Positions 32,451-45,180 of a DNA stretch of 64,000 bases are shown here, piece by piece. Origin of the DNA: Histomonas meleagridis 2922-C6/04-290x (Eukaryota; Protista; Parabasalia); NCBI GenBank assembly GCA_020184695.1, contig JAANOX010000142.1, positions 469,637-533,636 on the forward strand, read 5' to 3'. A program made the position numbers and the translations under genes. Position 1 is the stretch's first letter. Each line of letters starts with the position of its first letter. A model generated the notes under the pieces. That model had not been told where the DNA came from and ran no database searches. It saw only the letters and a list, made by a program, of their open reading frames with translations.

Positions 32451-34955
32451 CTATTCTTGGAAAGCCTTCCTTGCAACATCAGATATTACTAAAATTGCTT
32501 TTTCGGATGACGCTCTTATTTGAAGTGTCAAATCCGAATTTTCTTCAATATAAGTGAACGCCAAGAAAACTTCAACGTTAGTTTTGTAGCACGCGAAGCG
32601 TCCGCAGGTTGCGACAACGTTTTTTGGTATTTCGATTTCCAATGCATTCAGTCCGAAATCCGATTTTATAATAGACCGAATACATTGCATCACATTTCCA
32701 TCAGGAATTAACAATTGTATATCCTTTATATTCGATTCCGATGAAAATTGATTGAACTTGGAAATGAAATCATTTTTCTTTAAATCAATGAATTTCATCC
32801 ATCTTGAAAATAAAATAGGAATTTGCGAATATATTATTTCTGTTCCAAAGACAGCTTTTAATTCTGGTAATTTATTTGTTATATCTGTCAGTACGAAGTC
32901 AATAAAAATACTTCTTTTTTCTGAGGATTTTACGGTTTTGTCAAACTCATTAATTCTATACTTTATTTCCGGCGGTGAGACGATTGAAAAACTTTCAATT
33001 TCTTTTGTATACATTGAAATATTTTCAATGTTAACCGTCACGATAGCATTTGGTTGTGAAAATGAAATATGTGCACGAACAATACAATTAGGTGTTCGAA
33101 TAAGTTCACCAACATTATTATATTTAAATTGTTCCATTGGGTCTTCCATTTTTTTAATATGTGATTCATTTTTAGAATTTGAAGAGAACAAATTTGCTTC
33201 GACCGGCACGAAACCGTTAATGAATGTAGACGATACAACTTTTCTGAGAAATTTAATCGGCAACCGCAACAACGATAAATATTCTTTACAACGTTGAGAA
33301 ACTTCAAATGAATAAACATTTATATTGTTCGCGAAAAATTCGGAAATATATTCCTTCATCAGAGGATTTTTAACGGCTATTTTAAAGAAAGCTGAAGTAA
33401 TAATTATTTTAGTGTTATTAGAAGCATATGAGAAATTATTTGCGAGAATATCGACAATAATTTCATAATCGAAACAATTAAATTCACCAAAAACGAACGC
33501 GGACAATTTTAATATATTATTTGAAGGTTTTATCGAGTTTAATAATAATGAATAAATATTTTCGATGAATATTTTTTGTATTTTATCTCTTTGAATTATT
33601 ATTTGTATTATTGAGTCAATTGTTTGTTCATTACAAAATTCATTTTTTATTATTTCCATTAATGTATTAATACATTTATTTGGATCTGTTTCATAACTTT
33701 GCGTTAATATAATAATATGAAAACATAATGATTCACGTAAATGAATTGGCGACTCAGATAAATATGAAAGAAATTGTTCGATGATATAATTTCCTGTTTT
33801 TGTGTTCGCTGAATCATATAATAATTGAACAGCTCTTTTATCGATTGATGAGTTTTTACTTTTCATCAAATCAATTAGAAATGGTAACTTATCATCTAAT
33901 AAAGATGAGAAATGTGGTAAGTTTTGAATAAGATTTGAAAGTTTTTCTAATGAAAAAATACTGACACATTCATTCTCATTTTCTAAAAGGTCAATTAAAC
34001 ATTCTATTATTTCTTGTAAGATCTCTTCTGATAATGGAGTAACAGAAGCAATATCAACAAGCTCAGAAAAGGTCATTAACAAAGTAAAAAAAGTTTCGAC
34101 TTTGGGTCGTTTTCTTAGATCCGATACAACTTTTTGAGAGATGTTCTCAATTATGACGGTTTCTTGCTCCGTTAAATCTCTGCGATTTTTAAGGATTTGA
34201 AGAAGATGCATACATAAAAATGGTGCTGGAAGACCATTCAATGAATTGTTTTCATTGTAGTGAGTGATAGAATAAGTAGATGAAAGTTCTTGCGTTACTG
34301 TTGGATAAAGAAAATTTGTTGAGACTGATCCTGTTTTCATGATGCTTTGAATTAATATTGCACAACAATTACGAACACTAAAAGATGGGTCTTGAAGAAG
34401 AAGTTGAAGTTTTGAAACAACATTATCAATCGCAGGAAAATGATTTGATGTTTGATATAAACGAGAAAGAGTTAATAAAGATTTCTTTCGAACATTTTCG
34501 GACGTAGATAAAGAAGTAGCAATATCAGCAATTGCTGGTCCAAGAGAATCCCCAAATTCTGGTGATGCAATGCTTCCAATAGCTGATAATGCAAAACAAA
34601 TACATGTATCATTTTTGGATGTTAGCAGATACCTTTTAAAGTCAGGAATAAGTACACTAAGTTGGGATTGGTCATCTCCAATTAAAACGACTGATGCAAT
34701 AAATCCAAACATATTTGAACATTTTTTTCTGGAGTTAATAAGAATTCGAATTTGATCAAGACCAAAATTGATGTTTTTGTAGTACAATTTAATATAACAT
34801 AATTTAGCGATATATTTTTTTGTATCATAATCTGAAAGTTTACTTTTTAAAAAAGCTTTCTTAATCTTTTTTAATTCGAAATCGATTCTTGTTTGGTTCC
34901 TAGAAGACTTTATATCAACTTCTGATATGAAGTTTCTAAGTCCTCTGATTTTCAT
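32451..34955 (-). CDS. AP2A: AP-2 complex alpha subunit (alpha-adaptin)
   Basis: N-terminus RGLRNFISEV...LSDYDTKKYIAKLCYI...INFG matches alpha-adaptin (RGLAVFISDI...LDGYSKKKYVCKLLFI...IDFG); trunk plus appendage. Confidence 0.88.
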   Translation of the reverse strand: MKIRGLRNFISEVDIKSSRNQTRIDFELKKIKKAFLKSKLSDYDTKKYIAKLCYIKLYYKNINFGLDQIRILINSRKKCSNMFGFIASVVLIGDDQSQLSVLIPDFKRYLLTSKNDTCICFALSAIGSIASPEFGDSLGPAIADIATSLSTSENVRKKSLLTLSRLYQTSNHFPAIDNVVSKLQLLLQDPSFSVRNCCAILIQSIMKTGSVSTNFLYPTVTQELSSTYSITHYNENNSLNGLPAPFLCMHLLQILKNRRDLTEQETVIIENISQKVVSDLRKRPKVETFFTLLMTFSELVDIASVTPLSEEILQEIIECLIDLLENENECVSIFSLEKLSNLIQNLPHFSSLLDDKLPFLIDLMKSKNSSIDKRAVQLLYDSANTKTGNYIIEQFLSYLSESPIHLRESLCFHIIILTQSYETDPNKCINTLMEIIKNEFCNEQTIDSIIQIIIQRDKIQKIFIENIYSLLLNSIKPSNNILKLSAFVFGEFNCFDYEIIVDILANNFSYASNNTKIIITSAFFKIAVKNPLMKEYISEFFANNINVYSFEVSQRCKEYLSLLRLPIKFLRKVVSSTFINGFVPVEANLFSSNSKNESHIKKMEDPMEQFKYNNVGELIRTPNCIVRAHISFSQPNAIVTVNIENISMYTKEIESFSIVSPPEIKYRINEFDKTVKSSEKRSIFIDFVLTDITNKLPELKAVFGTEIIYSQIPILFSRWMKFIDLKKNDFISKFNQFSSESNIKDIQLLIPDGNVMQCIRSIIKSDFGLNALEIEIPKNVVATCGRFACYKTNVEVFLAFTYIEENSDLTLQIRASSEKAILVISDVARKAFQE

Positions 34956-35238
34956 CTACAAAAATTTGTTGATATATTTTCATACAAAAACGAAAAAATT
35001 AAATGAAAATAATTTTGTCGGAGAGATTTATTGAATATAATTACAATGTGTCTCCTGCAGTGCAGGATCATATCAAAAAATCTTTCTATTGTAAAAATTG
35101 CTCATATTATAATTCAAAAAGATATCTTTTCTTAATTTATTGATTTATTGATCTCAGAAAAATAAAAAAAAAAAAAAAAAAACATTTTCAATATTCATTT
35201 TTTTGCCAAAACATTAGTTTGAGTTCCTAGATTCTAAC

Positions 35239-37320
35239 ATGTTAACATTAAATGTAAATTAAACAGAATTTGTTATATTTAGTAAAAATTAATTAAAAAT
35301 GATAATGAATTCGACGATGTAAAGAATATGTCAAATGAAGAAATTCAAAATTTATATAAACATTGATGAATGATATAATTAAAAATTATTTATATTTGAA
35401 TGTGATTATCAAATTCATTATCTTGGAAATCATTCGCAAATGGATCTTCTTCAATATGATTCATGTGAAAGTTTATGATTTTTGTGTTCTATATCATTTC
35501 CTTCATTTTTTTATAATTTTTCGTCATTTTCTTCGTTCATTTCGTTTTCGTCAAATGATGGTGAATTTTTTTTATGTTTTCGTAGATAAATATAAAGAAT
35601 AAGAATAAAACAAAAAATGATTAGAACAATAATAACAACACAAATAATTATAAGAATATTATGTTCAGTATCATTTTGAAAATTTTCTTCGTTTTCGTTG
35701 ATAATATAATAATATTTCGAATAAAATGAATATGATATTAAATATTGAATAATTGTATATTTATAAAATATGAATTCTGAATACGTGAAATAACGATTTA
35801 AATTACTAAATGTTAAATATAATGATTGCGAAAAAAATGTATTAATAAGAAGTGTTTTCGTATTTGTTATAGTTTGAATTAATACAAATGAATAAGTTAA
35901 AGATTCATTATTTAGAAATGTTTCATAAAATGTATTCGATTTAGTAAATGTGTTTGATTTAGTAAATGTATTTGATTTAGTAAATGTATTCGATTCAGTA
36001 AATGTATTCGATTTAGTAAATGTATTTGTTGGTCTATTCAATGTAAAATTATAATGATGTATGGTTAGAGTTTTAATTTCAGCAGAATCATATCGTTTAT
36101 AAAATGTTTCTCCATTTATTGTTGCTTTAATTGTTAATTCTTCATATTTTTGTGCAAGAACATATACATTATAAACTCTTGTGCCTCGTGAAACATCATT
36201 CGTATATTCTCCATTCGTAATTTCATATTCATTAATAATGCTTGCATTGGAATCAGCACTGACTGCAAGTGTCTTAACATTAAATGTGCCTTCGTGCTTT
36301 AATCCACTAATATAAAATCGCCAATTCGTTGATGATATTTCATTCGGATCGAATCCAGAACCAAGTTGAATTGTAATTTCAAGTATTGGCGTTATAGTAT
36401 ACACTTGAATTTGAGCATCATCTTTCCCGTAATAAGTATATGATGTTCCTGCAAGGATGTTTAATTGTTCCTTTGCTGATGATGTTTGCACTACATTAGT
36501 ATTAATAATTTTATATCCTTGTGAATTCACATCTGAAAAATATGGATAATATACAGTAAAGGTTATTGTTTCATCTCGATCTTCAAAATAAATACCACTT
36601 CGTATCATATCATTACTCCAAGTGCATTGCTTATTTATGTACTTAAATTCCATGTCACTCCTGGGTGCATCAACAATTGTAAACCCAAATTTGTCACCGG
36701 TTTGGAATCTTCCATAAGAAATAAGCTCAAACCAAATTGTATCGTCTGACGCAAGAAGTTTTTCGTTCTTATTATTCATTTGTATATCAGTGCCATCGAT
36801 TTTATCATCATTTTTGTTGAAAAATTAAAACGAAAGAAATTTTTCATTTAAATTAGATGTTTGTATGTTAGAAATGGAATTTTTGTTATAATTATCATAC
36901 AGCTTTTTGTTTTTTTCTTCGAATATATTATTTTGTGTTTTATTGTGTTTGAAGAATCGAAAAAAATCTTTCGAAATTTTAAAATTTGATTGATGTAAAT
37001 CTGAATTATTTGCGACACATGAAGCATCACTGCCAAATATAATTATCAATATACTTAATACGATATTCATTTGCAGCACATTCAACTGTAAAACGATGCA
37101 CAAAGTCAAATCATTTTGAGAGGAATCGATCGTTAAGGAAGGGGCCCGACCAGATATGTATTGAAAATAGAGTGTTTGAGGTATGAATATCTCTATAAAT
37201 AGATAATATCTATAAATTATATTTACATGATGTTTCAACAGAGATATGGAGCATATAATTCCAGAATATCGAGAAAACTATTTTGTTGACTTCACCATCA
37301 AATAACCTTCGAAATAAGGG
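35239..37320 (-). repeat. Duplicated segment, arm D (direct repeat of arm E)
   Basis: Shares sequence with 45181-47453 up to ...CGAAATAAGGG at both right ends. Confidence 0.9.
35390..37070 (-). pseudogene. Surface protein copy D, frameshifts near 36830 and 35500 (possibly sequencing error)
   Basis: ORFs 36825-37238 and 35511-36779; stalk x5 at 35928-36017. Confidence 0.75.
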
Positions 37321-39422
37321 GTAAAATCGCAAATTTAGGCTTTAATTCAAAATTGAGAGATATTCAATTTGAGAGAATTGAAAATTGAGAACTTTGAATT
37401 CAAAATGTCGACATTCTTTGTGATGAATTAAATCTCCCACAAATTTTGGAGATCTTCTCTAGCCTCCTATGGTTGGTGTTCATCATTATCATAAATATAA
37501 CAGATAAACAAATTAATGATGTATATGAATATGATTTTATTCTTATAAAATATTTATCAAATATTAAAATATGAAATTGAATTTTTTCTGAATTAAAATA
37601 TCTTTCCTATGGAAAAGAAAATTGACAATTCCATTCATTGAGAATTATAGTAAATCAATTTTAATATATCTCATTAAAATTATATTTGAAAATATTTCGA
37701 AACCATGGACCACATATCATTTTTTTCCATAGCACTTTATTTCATGGATTCAAAAAGTTATATTCAACTCAAAATTTATAATTATAAATGTCGTGTTTTC
37801 AGGGAAAAAATTAGAATTATTATTGATTATCATTAAAATCCATTGAATTATGATGAAAATATATTTTTAACGTGTTGTATGTGGTGATAAACTATATTCG
37901 TTACATTTAATTGAGAAACACATTCGATTCATCGATTAATCATTTTAAATAAAAAACTATGAAATTGATGTAAATTCATTTATATATCACACAGTTCTGT
38001 TGTGTATTTGATTAAATGTTAGAATTTTATGCCATTAACCTATAGACCTTAATTTGATTATATAGATCTAATTGTCATTAACGGTTTATATCGTTATCGA
38101 TTTTAATTGATCGAAAATTTATTTAGGGATACCCACGGCACTTTTAAGCTGTTGCGGTTTTGACAATTTTTACTTGTCAGGAAAGAGGTGCTTCAACTCC
38201 AAATTCCTCAATAGTTTTTCGTTGAAAATCAAAACGTATAGGAAACTTCGGGGTTTGAGTTTAAATATAAATTTTTAGGCAATTTCGACTGCTGAATGTT
38301 GAGATCTCCATCTGATCAATTTTTCTCTTTTTTCTAAAATTTTCAAAAATCCTTTCGAATAATAAAACCCTTCAAGGTCTCCAATGTAAATATCAAAAAA
38401 TTTGCTTGGTTGTTATTCAATATTTGGAGAAAAAGTAAAAATATGTGAAAAAATCAAACATTTCGATGTTAATTCAAATGAATCTTAATATATCGAGTGG
38501 CGACGTGATTTTATTTTTTATATATTAATATAAGTGATATTTTTTTCATAAATACATATTTTCCAGCATTATTGCTGATGATTGTTAAGAATGAGAAATT
38601 TTTGTTTCAAAATAAGGTGAAGTGACAAATTAAGGTGTGATTTTCTCTATTTTTTTTGATTTTTAATGCAATGTTAAAATTATTATTAATTGTATTGCAT
38701 GATGATAATCTACTTTGCTATTACTTTAAAATGCCTAGTTATTTTTGTTCAAAATTAAATGAGAAGATGAAAACAAACTCTTTTTAGATCTTTCATTATT
38801 TCTGATAAATTCTTCGATTAATATGTTTTAAATCTAATTATATTAATATATTCAAGTAAATAAAATTGAGTTTTATGTCTTTTTAAAATATATTAGCATA
38901 ATCCAAAGATATTATCATTTTTAATTTTGTTATAACATTGAGCGGTTATATAACCTACCCCTGTTTGCCGACCAATTTATGATAGAAATTAACAGAAAAA
39001 AAGCAAAATGAATATATCTCAATTTTCTGTACATAAATTTGAGTACTTTTCTCGAAATATTATATTTCAGTTGATGTATGTAATATATATTTAATATATA
39101 TCAAATTATAAAAATATATATGATCATTCCATTTTTATAGATAAAAATAAAAATTCATAATTTTCAAAATATGATACTATGACATAAAAGTATTTGATTG
39201 TGTTGATTATTATTTTTTAATTTTTATTATTTATTGCAAAACATGAATATTTTGAAAATTACAGCACTTTTTCGATAATAATATATTTTTATTTTCATTT
39301 TTCAAAAAAATTAATTTTTATAATTTATGAAACAACGATTCTAAGTTGTGCTAAAAATAAATATCTAAAATAAACCAGGACCTGTATACATATTAGAATA
39401 TTTTCAATGCGTATCTGGTCGG
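37146..39422. mobile_element. Putative non-autonomous TIR element
   Basis: CCGACCAGATATGTATTGAAAATA (37146-37169) versus TATTTTCAATGCGTATCTGGTCGG (39399-39422): 22/24 inverted match; no coding capacity and no TSD seen. Confidence 0.35.
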
Positions 39423-39982
39423 ATCAAAGGTACACTTCCGATTAAATTTTTCTCAGCCAAAGTAGTGAAATTTTCGTTATAATAAAACATCATTGAATTC
39501 AATTTACAGATTTATAAGCATTGAATTTTGAATGACAGTGACTTTGGTAAAGTATTGTAACTCCCAAACTTTATATTTTGAATCGAAGTCATTTTATTTC
39601 GTTCAAAAAGCTGAGCAGCCACCAAATTTCATATCACAAATCAGTATTCAAAAATGAAATCAATTTTTTTTATAACAAGCAATAATTTCTCCAAATGGCG
39701 CTTTAAATATCGAAGAGACTATCAATCAAATTAATGCATTATGTATAGTATTTATTTGATATATACTTAATATCTGAACTTTTCGGCTTTTTAAAATTTG
39801 TGGAATGTTGGTGAAAAATACGTTATTTTACGTATTAACGTATCCGGTACCCAAAATTTTTGGCTTTTTGAGTAGGTTATCTCTAATTTTGAGAGTGTTC
39901 ACCAAGATTCCGCACTTTTGAGATATATAACCACATTTTTCATTCAATTATTTGAACTCATCTCAAGGCAGGAAATACATAG

Positions 39983-42900
39983 ATGAATGTAGATCCTTCA
40001 AAACAAGGGACCCAAGTGACTACATCTACATATACCACCGAGTCAATTCGTTCATTAGATGCTTCAGTCAGGTTTGCCGGAATTATTCAAGAATCACTTG
40101 TAAAAAAATTCCAAACAATTCTCCTTTTACTATTTGACTATCTTTCCAACACTGCACCACCAATGTATGCTTATCAATTTGTTGTTGGTGTATGGAGGGT
40201 TCTACAATTTGTACTTCCTTCTTTAGCATTAAATTATACCAAATTTTGGGGAAGCGGAAGATTATTCAACATTATAAACGTAATATCAGTAATTCCACAT
40301 TTAATTCCAGTAAGTTATCGAGACAGAGCATCTACATATTTTCTTATAGCATATATTGCATTCAGCGTTGTTTTCTATGTTATCATCTTAAGTTGCGGTG
40401 CATATTTTCGGAAGAATGCCAAGCTTAATTATTGTTTTGTAGTTATTATAGAAATTCTGATGCCAATACAATATTTAATTATACCGATGGCATCAGCAGC
40501 TCTTAGTGAAGTCCTATGTCTTCTTATACATTATTATAGTAACATTGACCAACCATATGTTTTAATTATTTTATTAATTATTACTATATTTTTCATTGTT
40601 CTAACATTATATGTAATCACAGCGCTATATAACTGTACAATCATTTTTAAACCTACTTCGCTCATGTCATTTGTCCCACAAACACAGTTTTCCGTCTTTC
40701 TCAACACAATTCTAATAACGGTTTTAACGTCCGTCGGCGGTTATCTCTCAGAAATTCCTCAAATAATATTTTTAGCCTTATCAGCAGTTTTATATGTTGG
40801 ATCCATATTTTTATTCCAAGAAAGTGGTGGCTTTGTCTCACATATGTTTGAGAAATGCTTAGGTACGTCGTGTATATTTGGAGTTATATCATTAATATAT
40901 ATTATTATCAGTTTATTAATATCATTTCCAGCACATGATGCATTTTTTGTTGCAATTTTTGTCGTCTGGTTTGGAATCTTTGTCATTTATAGTATTTATA
41001 TGAAGAAAAAGATGACTAATGTTGGCTTATTTTTCGATAATATCCAAGAATATCCTGATGCCATTAATGAAATCAAAAGACCTAAAGAATTCATCAACAA
41101 AACAATTTTAGGGTTTCGCATTGGTCATCCATTATGTTTATCATATTCCATCTTTAAATATGGTGTTGAAAAATGGCCGAAAGATATGAGTATATGGTTA
41201 TTATATTCTAAAATGGCCGCGATTTATCCCGAAAAGAATCAAGAACTTATATTTATAGCAATTGGTATCAACAAAAGTCATTTACGTGGTAATTTAGCAT
41301 ATAATACACAAGTACAAATCCAATCTATAGCACGACAACGTGAAGCAAGTTTAGTACCCGATTTAAAGAAGAAACTTGATAAAATATCAAAACATATTCA
41401 AGAAACAAAACATAAAGTCCGTTATGTATGGGATTTAATATTGCAAGGCAATGTAAAAGAACTTGAAAGTGTTATAGTTCGATCATATTCAACAATTGAT
41501 GAAACGCAAACAGAATTCTTACGTTTGTTAAGACAATTCCCGAATAATAAATTTGTCGGTCGAAGTTATGGACGATTTCTTAGAGATGTAATGGCTGATC
41601 ATGAAGGTTATAAAGAATGGGTCCAAAAGTTCCAATTATTACAAAAAGGGATACCAGTTACAATTGACTTACCACATCAATTAGGTTTACATGCATTTCC
41701 AATGTTACCAAAGAAATTAGAAGTTGGTAAACCTTCAAATCAAGGATTTGGGAATACATCGATTGAAGAACAATTTACAATTGAAGTTGATTCATCAGAT
41801 GGAGGCTTAGAAATGGAAATGAAATCAACAATTAGGGACTCAATTGATTTCTTAGTTATACCAAGTTTTCGTAATGCTATACCATTACGTATTATACCAT
41901 TTATTATATTATTTTTAGCTTCGATTATTACATTTACGATTTATTCACGAGGTTATGTTAATTCAGTTACAGAACCTTTAGAACATATGTATACGTTATC
42001 TAATTTACGGAATAAATTATTTCAAATAACAGCAATTACACATCATTATATAGTGGAAAAATTAAATAAAGTATATACTGATGATCCTAATGATCCAGAT
42101 TATATTGAAAATGAAGTAGGTAAAGTAGTATTTCCTTTTGTTTCACCTGAACAATATCAATATGAAAATGGTATTGAAGTAGAAACATCAGAACATTTAG
42201 GAGGTCATAATTCATCTAAATTACAAATCGATTATTTGGCACAACAAATTACTTCATTAGTTTCTAATTTATCATATTTATTAGATTATAATACTGGTGA
42301 TGAAGTAATAGAAGGAGTTAAATCGGACATTTTTGATAATAGATTTAATATGACTGTTGTTTCTGATTCTATTATTGAAGATTGTTGGAATGATCATTTA
42401 ATTGATGATAGTTGTATGACACCTGGTAAAGTTACATATCAATTAACTTCATTAAGAGAAGCTACATTAGATTTTGTTGTTAATATTCGAAATATTATAT
42501 CAATGGAAAATATACCTCAATATATCTTTTTAATGAAAGATTCTAATTTCATTTTAGCTAATTTAAATAATATTATCCAAAATTATGAAAAATCAATGAA
42601 TGATTTCTTAACATTTATTAATAGTTTTGAACAAAGAATGACATTAATTATATCAATAATTGTTTATTGTTTAATAGTAATAGTATTAATATGTTATATA
42701 GTTTTAGCGATTTATATTGAAACATCAATGAATAAAGATAAGAAATTGATATATAAAGCTTTAGCTTCATTACCTAAAAATGTTGTATCTAAAGTTTCTG
42801 ATTCATTTAAAGTCCTTAAGAAAGAAGATGATTCAAAATATAGTCGATCCAAAGATGAAGAATTAAGTCGACAAGAAGAAAATTTATTAAAAATATTTTC

Positions 42901-44791
42901 GACTTCATCAGATGCTAATAGTCATGAATGTGGAGATATAGTATCAATGATAATCGTTACAATATTAATCATTATATTAAATATCTCATTTTTAGCTTAT
43001 ACATTATATTTATATGAAAATTTAGCTAATACATTAATGCAAACAGCACCACATGTAAATTATATCATCGGAAGTTATTCTTATAGTATTGGAGAAGTAT
43101 TAATGTTAAATATGTTACCAGGTTTAATACATCCAAGTCGAGCCTTTAATTTATTAAATTATGATATAAATACTACAATCGAACAATTAAAAGATTGGGA
43201 AGAAATGTCAATGGATTATTATCGAACAGTACATTATGGTGATTTAACGACTAATACAAAATCATTTACATCAATTAATATTGATATTAATATAACCGAA
43301 GTCGAACATGTATCAATAATGCCTTCAACGCAACATGAAATATATGAATATATGTCAACTGATTTATTAATATCTTATGTCCGTATCGAAATAAATCGAT
43401 TAGTAGCTATGTATGTCGAAAATAATGATATCATTGAAGGTAATGATCCAACATTATCAAATATATGGCATTACTTACAAGATCATTTATTTAAAGATTA
43501 TTATTCATTTATGTTTGAAGGTATATATAATAATGTATATGAAGAATTAAATTCACGGACATCTCCATATTTAATAGTTTCTTATATAATATTAGTATTA
43601 GGAATAATTATAGAGTTAATATTAATAATAACAATAAAGAATTCAGAAAAGAAACAAAAATTTGCATTAAAATTATTATTACATATTCCAAGTAATGATG
43701 TTATATCTAATCCTCAAATATCTATGATATTATCAGGTAATTTTAAGAAGAATAAATTTAATTCTACTAATAGAGATTCAACATTTTATGATAAAATATT
43801 AGAAGAAATGCCCGATTGTATTATCATATCAGATATTTCAGGTATAATATTAACAGCTAATAAAGTAACAAAACGAATATTAGAACTTGATAACACAGAA
43901 ATGATTGGAAAGAATATTCGTGAATTAAAATTACATTTTAATGAAGGAAATCCATTTGATAATTTACCTACAGATAAATATAGTTTAGAGAAACTTAATA
44001 CAGAGAAAAGTTATTCATTAAAAATATCTGATGGTACAATAATTCATGTGGAAATAACATTAAGGTTCATGAACGAAAGTTTAATTACAGTAATTCGAGA
44101 TATTACTGATACTGTTCGTTATAACACATTAATCTCTGATGAAAAAGCTAAGAGTGATCATTTATTATCATTAATACTTCCGCCAACTTTAGTCCATCGT
44201 GTACAATCTGGTGAAAAGAACATAAGTTTCGGCGTACAATCAGTTTCAATCACTTTCATGGACATAGTATCATTCACTCCTTGGTGTAGTTCATTACCTG
44301 CAGCAACTGTAATGAATACACTAAATATAATGTTCGGAGAATTCGACGCTTTAGTTGGTACTTATCCAACTATGACAAAGATCAAATGCATCGGCGATTG
44401 TTATATGGCGGCTGGCGGTATATTCGCAGAAGTTAATCAACCTGCTGTACATGCACATGAAGTTGTGGACTTCGGTTTAGAAGCTATTAATGCGGTGAAG
44501 AAAGTGAATGAACAAATTAATCAAAACTTAAGAATTAGAGTAGGAGTGAACACTGGTGGTCCAATTGTTGCTGGCGTTTTAGGGACGGGAAAACCAACAT
44601 TCGAAATATTGGGTCCAACAATAAATATCGCACAACAAATGGAACACCACGGTGTGCCAATGAAGGTACATATCTCAAGAGCTGTGTACGAACTGATTTA
44701 TGGAGCTAAATTCGAAATTAAAGAAAGAGCTGAAATGGAAATACAGGGTAAAAATATGGTGACGTATTTGGTGGAAGGAAAAAAGACTTAA
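39983..44791 (+). CDS. Multi-pass transmembrane class III adenylate/guanylate cyclase with PAS-like region
   Basis: TM clusters; ITFMDIVSFT, TKIKCIGDCYMAAGG, IRVGVNTGGPIVAGVLG, TINIAQQME; PAS-like MPDCIIISDISGIILTANK. Confidence 0.93.
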   Translation: MNVDPSKQGTQVTTSTYTTESIRSLDASVRFAGIIQESLVKKFQTILLLLFDYLSNTAPPMYAYQFVVGVWRVLQFVLPSLALNYTKFWGSGRLFNIINVISVIPHLIPVSYRDRASTYFLIAYIAFSVVFYVIILSCGAYFRKNAKLNYCFVVIIEILMPIQYLIIPMASAALSEVLCLLIHYYSNIDQPYVLIILLIITIFFIVLTLYVITALYNCTIIFKPTSLMSFVPQTQFSVFLNTILITVLTSVGGYLSEIPQIIFLALSAVLYVGSIFLFQESGGFVSHMFEKCLGTSCIFGVISLIYIIISLLISFPAHDAFFVAIFVVWFGIFVIYSIYMKKKMTNVGLFFDNIQEYPDAINEIKRPKEFINKTILGFRIGHPLCLSYSIFKYGVEKWPKDMSIWLLYSKMAAIYPEKNQELIFIAIGINKSHLRGNLAYNTQVQIQSIARQREASLVPDLKKKLDKISKHIQETKHKVRYVWDLILQGNVKELESVIVRSYSTIDETQTEFLRLLRQFPNNKFVGRSYGRFLRDVMADHEGYKEWVQKFQLLQKGIPVTIDLPHQLGLHAFPMLPKKLEVGKPSNQGFGNTSIEEQFTIEVDSSDGGLEMEMKSTIRDSIDFLVIPSFRNAIPLRIIPFIILFLASIITFTIYSRGYVNSVTEPLEHMYTLSNLRNKLFQITAITHHYIVEKLNKVYTDDPNDPDYIENEVGKVVFPFVSPEQYQYENGIEVETSEHLGGHNSSKLQIDYLAQQITSLVSNLSYLLDYNTGDEVIEGVKSDIFDNRFNMTVVSDSIIEDCWNDHLIDDSCMTPGKVTYQLTSLREATLDFVVNIRNIISMENIPQYIFLMKDSNFILANLNNIIQNYEKSMNDFLTFINSFEQRMTLIISIIVYCLIVIVLICYIVLAIYIETSMNKDKKLIYKALASLPKNVVSKVSDSFKVLKKEDDSKYSRSKDEELSRQEENLLKIFSTSSDANSHECGDIVSMIIVTILIIILNISFLAYTLYLYENLANTLMQTAPHVNYIIGSYSYSIGEVLMLNMLPGLIHPSRAFNLLNYDINTTIEQLKDWEEMSMDYYRTVHYGDLTTNTKSFTSINIDINITEVEHVSIMPSTQHEIYEYMSTDLLISYVRIEINRLVAMYVENNDIIEGNDPTLSNIWHYLQDHLFKDYYSFMFEGIYNNVYEELNSRTSPYLIVSYIILVLGIIIELILIITIKNSEKKQKFALKLLLHIPSNDVISNPQISMILSGNFKKNKFNSTNRDSTFYDKILEEMPDCIIISDISGIILTANKVTKRILELDNTEMIGKNIRELKLHFNEGNPFDNLPTDKYSLEKLNTEKSYSLKISDGTIIHVEITLRFMNESLITVIRDITDTVRYNTLISDEKAKSDHLLSLILPPTLVHRVQSGEKNISFGVQSVSITFMDIVSFTPWCSSLPAATVMNTLNIMFGEFDALVGTYPTMTKIKCIGDCYMAAGGIFAEVNQPAVHAHEVVDFGLEAINAVKKVNEQINQNLRIRVGVNTGGPIVAGVLGTGKPTFEILGPTINIAQQMEHHGVPMKVHISRAVYELIYGAKFEIKERAEMEIQGKNMVTYLVEGKKT

Positions 44792-45180
44792 AATTGTAAG
44801 AAATAAATGAAATTCCAAAAATATGTTTTTGAGAACCAACTTTTGAATAGCTTATTTGCAAAGTGGCATATCATAGCGAATGTAATTACATTACACAATG
44901 GAATTGAACTCAAAAAAGTCTGAAAAGTAATCGTTTTTAAAGATATAATGATAAACGGTTCCTGTTGTTATCGTTGTGGGGCCCCCGAACGTCACTTTCG
45001 TTGAGCTCACAATATTTTTGGATAAAAAATGATTTTTTAGATATATCCCACTTTATTTAGATGCAGACATTGCTTTTAGATAATATTTTTTTTTACCAAT
45101 TTGATCACTTCAAACAGTTTTGAGAATTTTAGTAACCACCTCAAAAATGCTGCATTAATATCTATCGTTTTTGAATGTGC

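Noticed and set aside
32752-33297. 181-aa ORF antisense to alpha-adaptin, and similar short ORFs opposite TOR, the cyclase and coiled-coil genes
   Set aside because: Shadow ORFs with non-ATG starts and no recognisable motifs.
35470-36845. Programmed frameshifting or phase variation in surface gene copies C, D and E
   Set aside because: Most lesions are 1-nt changes in A/T runs, or locally garbled sequence (36821-36845, 35470-35530) typical of unpolished long reads; they cannot be called biological without reads.
44620-44650. Cyclase motif TINIAQQME lacking the usual catalytic Arg
   Set aside because: I recall this as a common trait of trichomonad transmembrane cyclases, so it is not treated as novel.
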